The translations under genes were made by a program, and so were the position numbers. Of a DNA stretch of 34,820 nt, positions 25,681 to 34,820 are shown in pieces; positions within the stretch are counted from its first letter, which is position 1; every line of letters starts with the position of its first letter. Source of the stretch: Octopus bimaculoides (Eukaryota); assembly GCF_001194135.2 (NCBI RefSeq), contig NC_068992.1, positions 67,757,075 to 67,791,894 of the forward strand. The letters run 5' to 3'. The notes under the pieces are model-generated. The model saw only the letters and a program-made list of their open reading frames with translations, was not told where the DNA came from and made no database searches.

Positions 25681-26437
25681 TACACAGACATGCAGGAAGT
25701 AAATACACCCGTTTAATTTTCAAAATTTCTTATCTAAGCGTCTTAATATGTTTTCAGCGGTGTAGAATTTACAATGTAATTATTCTTTTTTATTCCAGGT
25801 GTCATTACATTAAATATTTGTGAAGAGTAACTATGCCACGCACAGAAAATCCAGCAGTTCTGTAAGATTTTCAAAGAGGTCGCATTGTTGGGCAATCTGA
25901 GGCTGGTCTTAGCCAGCGAAAAATTCCCGAAAATCTTCAAATTCTTCTTGCTACTGTTAATAGAATTATAGTGCAATTCAAAAGCCAAGGAAAAGAATCA
26001 ACAGATTCTCGTCCCGGCCGACCTGGGCCCTCGGAAAGGAAGCTTCGCTGTTTGAAAAGAATTGTGGATAACGGACCCCGTTCGAAGGCTTCTGACTTTG
26101 CAAAACAGCTAGAAGTTCGTCCAAGAGAGTGTATTACATATCTGCATAAGCTTGGGAATTATGGACGAGCAGATAGAAGAAAGCCTCTCCTTCAACTAAT
26201 TAATATCATAAAAAGGAAGAAATGGCTAAGGAGATGTCAGAAAAATTCAGTTCATTTGAGGATAGAGTGATTTTCTCAGATGAATCCAGATTTGCATTAT
26301 TTTCAGACACTGGACGTGTTCGGTCTGGAGTCTTCCCAATCAAGAAATTGATTTAAAACCACTCCAAGCAACTGTGAAACATAGCGGTATCTCTGTAATG
26401 GTATAGGGAGCTGTTACCAGCAACGGTCGTTCTGAGG
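25681..26437 (+). mobile_element. Tc1-like DNA transposon, 3'-truncated (transposase pseudogene from 25833)
   Basis: MPR..DFQRGRIVGQSEAGLSQRKI (HTH), RPGRP linker, RRKPLL, DRVIFSDESRF (first catalytic D), ATVKHSGISVMV*G. In-frame stops and frameshifts. TIR-like TACACAG...GAAGTAAATACACCC at ~25681; the rest of the DDE domain and the right TIR are absent. Confidence 0.9.
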
Positions 26438-27115
26438 CTGATTCAATTCAATTTGGTTTTAGCAAACAAGGACTACTCATTCGTTTGTGCTTTATTTCCA
26501 GCAGTAGACCACAGAATTCCCGAGCGTTGAGAGTGGTACACGAAGGCTATGTATTGGCAGTCGCTCATTGATTGTTCTTTGTTATGCATCAAAATATCAG
26601 GCACTCGCAAAGCTGCTTACATAATATTTTCTTAATATTTTCAAAATCGTTACGGTGTAAAGTTCACGAAGTCATCGCGACGGTATCGCGGTTTCTAATC
26701 CCTACTTGTCTCCCAGGCATCTATGTTTGTATAATTATCTGTATTTTCAGTACGAACACCTTTTTACAGGCAAGTGATTGCAATAGTTGAAGCACGATTC
26801 TTCGTAATTCTACACATTAGTTCTTGACCTAGGTTAAATATAGTATTACGGATCTCCCGATATTTTTCTGTTGAATTCTTGTCTCATTTCTAATGCTGAA
26901 TTTGCTATGAAACTCATTTTATTAATCTGACATTTACTAATTAAAGTCTTCTAATATTCTACCCGTAAACATAGTTATTAACTAATTTCATATTAAAATA
27001 TAATTGACAATCATGAAGCGCAATGGTGTGGCAAGTGATTTTAATAGAAACCTTGTGTTTAATCAAAAACAATCGCATGGTCCTAGGTTTAATGAAGCTA
27101 TGAAATACAGAAATA

Positions 27116-27210
<95 letters not shown>

Positions 27211-27245
27211 ATTATATGTATGTATATATATATATGTATACACAG

Positions 27246-27309
<64 letters not shown>

Positions 27310-27525
27310 TAATAAGCTCCGAAAATATAAAGATCTGCTAATCGAAATTGAAAGGATGTGGTATTCCATCAAGACGGTTATAATACCGGTGAGTGTAGGA
27401 GCAGTTGGAATGATCAAAGAAGGAACTGAAAATTATTTAAGACTTAACATCCATGTAGGAAGTGCAAAAGATGGTCTTAACTGGTACGTCATATGCATTG
27501 AAAAGAATATTGTCGCTGGGAATGT
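27310..27525 (+). mobile_element. RLE-clade (R4/Dong/NeSL-like) LINE C-terminus
   Basis: KLRKYKDLLIEIERMWYSIKTVIIPVSVGAVGMIKEGTENYL / QKMVLTGTSYALKRILSL, typical of the K..KY.DL.IEI..MW...IPV.VGALG end. Confidence 0.85.
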
Positions 27526-27774
27526 TCTTACCTCTTTGCCCTTTTATTTTATTTGTTTATCTTTCTATATTTTATTTTTCCTTTTTCTCTATGTCTTCCC
27601 CGTTTTCTCTATCATATGACTTTGTAAATGAACAATCTGGTGTGCTTGTTTTAATGGTCCACCAATGTATACAGTACATTTCTCTACCTTGGATGTGAGG
27701 AAGACACACGGCAAGAAATGGGAACCGGATTGAAAGTTGCTAATGAAAATGATAATAATAATAATAGTACAAAC

Positions 27775-27945
27775 TAAAAGAAAAATCCCAAACAATCAAC
27801 CACCTCCTCTTCATGGGCGATGTGAAACTATGACAAAGATGAGATACTAGCAAGATCCTTGGTGAACACGGTCCACCGGGTTATTACTGATCTTAGAATA
27901 GAATTTGGATACAAGACGTACTGAATAATCTACCAAAAAAGAGGT
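27775..27945 (+). mobile_element. Non-LTR RT fragment (domain 5 region), R4/Dong-like
   Basis: NHLLFMGDVKL...SLVNTVHRVITDLRIEFGYKTY resembles INHLLYMDDLKL...LVxTVxxFSxDIxMEFGxxKC. Confidence 0.75.
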
Positions 27946-28037
27946 GTTGACATCGTCATCAGAAACTGGTCACCAACAAACAGAAATGGTCAAAATACCA
28001 ACAGATTATTTCTTTGACCTTGCCTTGTTGATATCCC

Positions 28038-28200
28038 TTGCGTTTGCTGAAACTACATAGTTTCTTTCTCAATGCAGCGAAGAGTGAATTCATTGCAAAC
28101 AGCGAAGATAAAAGCCAACTGCCAATTAGTTCCGACACTAGTGTACACAACCAGGTCAATGATGCAGATACTAAGTACTTTGGTCCTACATTGGTAACAG
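28038..28200 (+). mobile_element. Probable LINE RT fragment (domains 6-7)
   Basis: FLNAAKSEFI...DTKYFG resembles L.LN..KSE.I...KYLG. Confidence 0.45.
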
Positions 28201-28454
28201 TAAAACACTTCCAAATAAGCAAAGTACTTGCCTGGATAGCATAACAGTTTGAAAGAAACATGTGGTAATCAAGTATTTCAATGTGAAACATGTTTGTATT
28301 CTGCAACCGGTAGATGAATGAGAGTCATAATCAACTTGAGGGTATACATACCATTCTATATCGGAATATATGTTTTGGAAACGTTTGTACTCAAATAGAC
28401 TTTAAAGAACGCTGTACTGCATTCGTATTAGTAACAGTGATATAATACGAAATG

Positions 28455-28560
28455 GAAAATGTACAAATGCTAAAAAGCAACAGAGATAGCTCGGTTGAAT
28501 TGCTGGGAGTAATGAAACATCGTCGCAGAAATCGTTTATGGAACTAAAATAGGGTACGTT
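28455..28560 (+). mobile_element. Probable RTE-like LINE C-terminal fragment
   Basis: KKQQR*LG...ELK*GT resembles QRRLRWLGH...YGELKxGxR. Confidence 0.4.
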
Positions 28561-29544
28561 AACAAACATACGAGCATCCGCCAGACGCAGGAACACAGAC
28601 GCGCACAGGCACAAACATAGGCTTCAGACTTTACCTCGAATGATAAAACACCTCATGTTACTTTGGAAAGAAACCGTTCGGTATTATATACTCATTTTCA
28701 TATTGTACAGTAAAAGTATATTTGCCGGAGATCTGTTATCTCATGGCCAAGAAAGCGGTAGATTTAATTAAACCCCAGCTAAAATAGAAGACTCATGCTG
28801 ATGGCGTAGCGTTGCCTGATGGAACATAAATGTTATTTAATTATATATGTTTTAATTACTAGATAAAATAGCTTCATATGTAATATAGCATTTCTTTGTG
28901 TTTAATAATTATAATAAATCTACAGCTTTGTAATTGCTGCAATTACAAACGCTCCATAAAGAAATCTAATTAAAACACGCATTGTATATTAACCTACCGT
29001 GTTTGATAACACACCTGATTAATTAATTATTTTAGTGTTATTATAAAATAAAGAGTTAGGTTTAGTAAACATATTTAATCTTCATCTCATTAAACCACGT
29101 GATCACATGCAGGGACGGAAATTAAATAAACGAACCAAATCATTATTTGTGACACTGATTTCTTTCATCTTACTTTGCTGGATATGTTTTCTTGATAAAT
29201 AAAAGACTTTTCAATATTGACAAGTGTGTCAAGCTGTTCACCGATAGCAAAATCAAATATCGATCTTATGACATACTATATAAATTGGTATTTTCTCAAT
29301 TTGTATTGAAATTATCATGTCATAACATCAACAATATGAAATGAAACAAGCTTAAAGAGAGAGAAACCGATTACATGAGGATTCAGACACAAAGTAATCA
29401 TGACAAAATGATCACCTTCTGTAATGGAGCCGGTACAGTTGAAACGTAAAATCATATATATATATATATATATATATCGGGACGGTCATCTTTTTGTGAA
29501 ATAAATACACAGACACATATCTATCTATATCTATCTATATTTTT

Positions 29545-29650
29545 AAAAAATAACGTCGACCACTAACGTGGACAATTAATGCGCTAGAAATAGATCACAT
29601 CTTGTGTCTAGCGCATTAATTGTCCACGTTAGTGGTCGACGTTATTTTTT
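29545..29650. repeat. Perfect 44-bp inverted repeat with 18-nt spacer
   Basis: 29545-29588 AAAAAATAACGTCGACCACTAACGTGGACAATTAATGCGCTAGA is the exact reverse complement of 29607-29650. Confidence 0.97.
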
Positions 29651-30079
29651 TTAAAAATGTACCTTAATCCCCTGAGATTGCAGATACTATTTCTGAATCT
29701 CTTTGATTCTTTACATGTGCTGGCCTCCTGATAATTAATCGATATTAATTAATATATGACTAATTACCAGATTTTNNNNNNNNNNNNNNNNNNNNNNNNN
29801 NNNNNNNNNNNNNNNNNNNNNNNNNNNNNNNNNNNNNNNNNNNNNNNNNNNNNNNNNNNNNNNNNNNNNNNNNNNNNNNNNNNNNNNNNNNNNNNNNNNN
29901 NNNNNNNNNNNNNNNNNNNNNNNNNNNNNNNNNNNNNNNNNNNNNNNNNNNNNNNNNNNNNNNNNNNNNNNNNNNNNNNNNNNNNNNNNNNNNNNNNNNN
30001 NNNNNNNNNNNNNNNNNNNNNNNNNNNNNNNNNNNNNNNNNNNNNNNNNNNNNNNNNNNNNNNNNNNNNNNNNNNNNNN

Positions 30080-30127
<48 letters not shown>

Positions 30128-30148
30128 GTGTGTGCGTCTTTTTGTTTT

Positions 30149-30230
30149 TACCCTGAAGAAGGGGTCATCACCAATTTGTGCTTTATTGTGCCCTAAATAC
30201 GGTGATATACCCCCGAAATGGCCATAGGTG
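30149..30230 (+). ncRNA. Type I hammerhead ribozyme, near-intact, extended stem II
   Basis: Stem I UACC/GGUG; CUGAAGA 30153-30159; stem II GGGGU-C-AUCACC...GGUGAU-AU-ACCCC; GAAA 30215-30218; palindromic stem III AUGGCCAU; predicted cleavage after A30226 (AUA triplet). Confidence 0.8.
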
Positions 30231-30504
30231 TTTTGTGTTTGTGTTCCACCTATATTTGTAATCCACTGTAAATGATGTTTATGGTTTGACTTTACTGGTG
30301 TTACCTACGGAATGGTGAAATATGGATGTTCTGTTGTTGTTCTGTCCCGTGCGCTTCGCTATTCCTGTTTATGAAATTGGATTTTACCTACGAAATTTGC
30401 TGTCATGAGGCAGGTAGTTGGACTTTCGTACTATTTATCTTGAACTTTTTTTATTGGCCTCAGCGAATGAACTGTTGTGCTACGTCTCCCTATGTATTAT
30501 TTTT

Positions 30505-30542
<38 letters not shown>

Positions 30543-31534
30543 NNNNNNNNNNNNNNNNNNNNNNNNNNNNNNNNNNNNNNNNNNNNNNNNNNNNNNNNNN
30601 NNNNNNNNNNNNNNNNNNNNNNNNNNNNNNNNNNNNNNNNNNNNNNNNNNNNNNNNNNNNNNNNNNNNNNNNNNNNNNNNNNNNNNNNNNNNNNNNNNNN
30701 NNNNNNNNNNNNNNNNNNNNNNNNNNNNNNNNNNNNNNNNNNNNNNNNNNNNNNNNNNNNNNNNNNNNNNNNNNNNNNNNNNNNNNNNNNNNNNNNNNNN
30801 NNNNNNNNNNNNNNNNNNNNNNNNNNNNNNNNNNNNNNNNNNNNNNNNNNNNNNNNNNNNNNNNNNNNNNNNNNNNNNNNNNNNNNNNNNNNNNNNNNNN
30901 NNNNNNNNNNNNNNNNNNNNNNNNNNNNNNNNNNNNNNNNNNNNNNNNNNNNNNNNNNNNNNNNNNNNNNNNNNNNNNNNNNNNNNNNNNNNNNNNNNNN
31001 NNNNNNNNNNNNNNNNNNNNNNNNNNNNNNNNNNNNNNNNNNNNNNNNNNNNNNNNNNNNNNNNNNNNNNNNNNNNNNNNNNNNNNNNNNNNNNNNNNNN
31101 NNNNNNNNNNNNNNNNNNNNNNNNNNNNNNNNNNNNNNNNNNNNNNNNNNNNNNNNNNNNNNNNNNNNNNNNNNNNNNNNNNNNNNNNNNNNNNNNNNNN
31201 NNNNNNNNNNNNNNNNNNNNNNNNNNNNNNNNNNNNNNNNNNNNNNNNNNNNNNNNNNNNNNNNNNNNNNNNNNNNNNNNNNNNNNNNNNNNNNNNNNNN
31301 NNNNNNNNNNNNNNNNNNNNNNNNNNNNNNNNNNNNNNNNNNNNNNNNNNNNNNNNNNNNNNNNNNNNNNNNNNNNNNNNNNNNNNNNNNNNNNNNNNNN
31401 NNNNNNNNNNNNNNNNNNNNNNNNNNNNNNNNNNNNNNNNNNNNNNNNNNNNNNNNNNNNNNNNNNNNNNNNNNNNNNNNNNNNNNNNNNNNNNNNNNNN
31501 NNNNNNNNNNNNNNNNNNNNNNNNNNNNNNNNNC

Positions 31535-31589
<55 letters not shown>

Positions 31590-31590
<1 letters not shown>

Positions 31591-31784
31591 TACTTGATAG
31601 GAAGACAAAATGTGCTGTAAGCCTCATTAAGGCATTGGTGAACTACTCTAAACGCAATCACCATATCCAGAACATCCTTCCACACACAACGGTGAAGTGT
31701 ACTTATTCTAACGTTGTAACGTAGTACGTGACCTGAAGAGGATTCTTATGCACTGTAGCGTGCATTAGATTCGATTATATCGTT
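31590..31784 (+). mobile_element. Probable Penelope-like element 3' end: GIY-YIG C-terminal remnant plus degenerate HHR
   Basis: RQNVL*ASLRHW*TTLNAITISRT resembles R.KILEAL.I...PTLN.Q..SSRT, and is followed by an HHR-like motif at 31730-31784. Confidence 0.5.
31730..31784 (+). ncRNA. Degenerate type I hammerhead ribozyme
   Basis: GAC-CUGAAGA-GGAUUC-UUAUGCAC-UGUAGC-GUGCAUUA-GAUUC-GAU-UAUA-UC-GUU; the GAAA box is mutated. Confidence 0.55.
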
Positions 31785-32032
31785 CTCCACCCACTAGGCA
31801 GCAATGTAGATATAAACCGAAACGACCGTGGTGCTGAGGAAAACTTACAGTACACTATGTCTTCGCTATCAATTATTTAAAATATACTAAACGTGTATCG
31901 AGGAATTACTTACGTAGATTCAAGAGGGACTGGTAAAGGGAAAACGTGAAGAAACCCGATACACATACACACACATATTTATAAATACTTACGTGCGTGT
32001 ATATCTATATGTATATGTGTCTGTGTGTGTAT

Positions 32033-32072
<40 letters not shown>

Positions 32073-32138
32073 NNNNNNNNNNNNNNNNNNNNNNNNNNNN
32101 NNNNNNNNNNNNNNNNNNNNNNNNNNNNNNNNNNNNNN

Positions 32139-32182
<44 letters not shown>

Positions 32183-33049
32183 ATGCGTGTGTGTATATTC
32201 ACATACATACATATAGTCACACGCATATATAGCTTCAGCGGTCAGTAGAATGTACTTTAAGCACTATAAAAGTGAATCTGAAAGATTTATTTCGACTTAG
32301 CTTTGATCGGATTTTATGCCAAATACAGCCATTGTGCACTTCAGTGAACGTTGTAATATTTATTGGATTGTCCTTTTAATACAAAATCAATTGAAGCCTG
32401 TAGAGGTACAGGACTTGTAGCATGCTTGACTGAATCATTTCTGCTATTTAGTTACTTTTCTTTAATTTCAGAACACAATATTTTCAGCTATGTATTACAT
32501 GTGATTGATTGCGAATACGCGTTTCTTCCACATCTGAGTTTCTTTGAGACTTCATATTTCTATTTGTTTCTGTTACTCCACACGTGTGTTTATGAACATA
32601 AATTCAGAGAGAATCTGTTGTCAATTTAGCATTTAAATCATGGCATAATTTTAACTTACTTTGTTATAACTTTCTACAACATCTATCTATCTATCTATCT
32701 ATACATACATACATACTCTGGTTACTTGTGTACATCTTAGTAATCATGTTATATCCATTATTATAGCTTACCTCTATATCTTTGGGGTTATATAGATTGT
32801 TGTTATTGTAGCTGTAAGTTTGTCTTCAGATTTATTACGGAATTCTCCCTCTGATAAATTACGTAAATATAGAACTTTTTTGTTAGTTACTCTAATTAAG
32901 CCTTATATCAATAGGAGAGTATTGTAGTTCGCTTGAAGCATTGTGTATTGTTTGAAAAATATATGTCTTGAATGGCACATAAATGTACTTTAATAACATT
33001 TATAATTCAATTATCCATAGTCTGATATAATAATAACATTTATGGATAC

Positions 33050-33385
33050 AAAAATTCCTTCTTCAGATATCGCTAGGAATTGTTCGAGTCCCTGGTACAA
33101 TCGGTTCATTTTTGATAACATGCTCATGTGTTATTTAAAAAAACAAATAGTAAGAAGAAAATAAAAAGAAACTGCACATATATAGAAGCAACGCTGCGGA
33201 TGAGCCAACACACACGAGCTTGAGACATGGCCGCCCTCACGCACTTCTCATGAGGAATTCCGGGAGGAGCTTCGTGAGACTACTGCAGAGACGCTTCCGG
33301 AAAAAAACGAAATTCAGCAACCGTTGGAAACTGAATATAGCAGTAACTAGAACAATTCCTAGCGATATCTGAAGAAGGAATTTTT
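33050..33385. repeat. Perfect 36-bp inverted repeat (33050-33085 / 33350-33385) enclosing 264 bp; each arm overlaps an HHR-like core
   Basis: AAAAATTCCTTCTTCAGATATCGCTAGGAATTGTTC and its exact reverse complement; similarity continues imperfectly on both sides. Confidence 0.95.
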
Positions 33386-33408
33386 ATATTCCGAGATATT
33401 ATTATCTC
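33364..33408 (+). ncRNA. Hammerhead-like motif (GAAA>GAGA); inverted sister copy at 33024-33071 (-)
   Basis: GAUAU-CUGAAGA-A-GGAAU-UUUUAU-AUUCC-GAGA-UAUUAUU-AUCUC. The minus copy keeps a perfect stem I GAUAU/AUAUC but has a damaged stem II and GAAA box. Confidence 0.55.
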
Positions 33409-33420
33409 TCTGATATATAT

Positions 33421-33506
<86 letters not shown>

Positions 33507-34572
33507 GTATAAAAAACTTATGCACAAACACGCATGCAAACATCGAGATGCACACACATTCCCAGACACTTCCACACACTCCCAGACACATGCACCCATC
33601 ATAGTAACCCACATATGTTCACGTAACTACACGAGTATAGGTTACACACGTATACATAAATATCACATCTTCCACACCAAAATACTTCCATCACACATAT
33701 ATACATATATAACATAAGTATATATATATACGCGTACACACACTCACACGTTCTTATACTCACGCACCCACACATCTTCTTCCAGGCGCCCACATACAGC
33801 CGTTGTATATGTTACTTTGTGTAACGTGCAATATCTAACTTTTCTCCATATGCTTTGTTATTATACATTGGACTATAAAGCTGATTACCGCACGATTACC
33901 ACCACAGAAAGATAGAGTCTCCATACATACACACGATCTCTCAAAACTATTTGAACAATCCTCTCTGATTTTGTTTGGCAAATATTCTCTTGATTTGTTT
34001 CATGACCATTCACAAGAGAGTCTAGCACATTTCGCTACAAATACAGTGTATTTCTTTACAGATACCAGCGTATCATTAACCAAAATTCTAATCGTGTATT
34101 CTTAAGAATATTGATTTTTATATCCAAACTTGTTATGTTCTATATTGGACTGTCTATGATTACTAGCCAATTTGTGCAATGGGAAATGAGCATTTTGGAA
34201 GTGTGTAATTAATCAATTAAAAGTTGCTGCAGTAAGAAATGAAATTCTATTGTTATTGCTATTCATTGTGAGGTGAATCTTTATGCTATCATGTCTGACT
34301 TGACATCTTGGACATTCAGTGAAACAAAGTGGGTTTAATTTATATCAAATGAGGGATATATAATCAATAATTCTTTTCACAGCCATCGACAATTGAAAGT
34401 AGAAAAACGTTTTTTGGGATACCTAATCACAACTGTATATAAAGTAAACTTTTGTAGCCTCAAACCAGATGGCGTAAAATTCCTTAAAATTTAAGCAACG
34501 TTATTTTGGAGGCTATAGGCACTCATACGCATACGTACGTCCCTACACGCAATTAAACGACGAATATAAATT

Positions 34573-34765
34573 CTTCTTTTTTGTTTCAGTCAGTTGACTG
34601 CGGCCATGCTGGAGCACTGCCTTTAGTCCAGCAAATCGGTCCGGAGGACTTATTCTTTGTAAGCCTAGTACTTGTTCTATCGGGCTCTTTTGTCGAACAG
34701 CTAAGTTACGGGGATGTAAACACATCAGCATCGGTTGTAAAGCGAAGTTGGGGGGACAAATACAG
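34573..34765 (-). mobile_element. tRNA-derived SINE (Octopus-type family), central and 3' part
   Basis: TTGTTTCAGTCAGTTGACTGCGGCCATGCTGGAGCACTGCC...GCTAAGTTACGGGGATGTAAACAC is the reverse complement of the family tail seen at 3664-3835 and 17937-17987. Confidence 0.85.
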
Positions 34766-34781
34766 ACACACAAATACACAG

Positions 34782-34812
<31 letters not shown>

Positions 34813-34820
34813 AATATATA

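Noticed and set aside
26750-26768. TTTTCAG...AG|GCAAGT possible GC-AG micro-exon
   Set aside because: Only 19 nt with no supporting context; likely chance.
31815-31845. GAAAC...CTGAGGA in permuted (type II) hammerhead order
   Set aside because: The cleavage position would be G, and the stem II strands are not complementary.

Overview
AT-rich, microsatellite-dense animal genomic DNA with seven N-gaps, most flanked by simple repeats. The SINE families and repeat composition look cephalopod (Octopus-like); that is an inference. I recognised no host gene, intact ORF, rRNA, tRNA gene or CRISPR array, so the window reads as intronic or intergenic. It is filled with decayed mobile elements: LINEs with APE endonuclease (RTE, CR1/L2-like), LINEs with restriction-like endonuclease (HERO/NeSL, R4/Dong-like), a Neptune-type Penelope-like element (PLE) interrupted by a SINE with a target-site duplication, a Ty3/Gypsy gag relic, a Tc1 transposase, a mariner-like MITE, possible hAT and Merlin relics, and several tRNA-derived SINE copies. 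The most unusual signal is a set of minimal type I hammerhead ribozyme (HHR)-like motifs in four different contexts. One lies inside a tRNA-headed, Pol III-type SINE (13485-13718). One is near-intact with a long stem II and a palindromic stem III (30149-30230). One is at a probable PLE 3' end (31730-31784). Two form an inverted pair sharing a perfect 36-bp repeat (33024-33408). There is also a perfect 44-bp foldback at 29545-29650. All assignments were made by eye, without searches or folding software.
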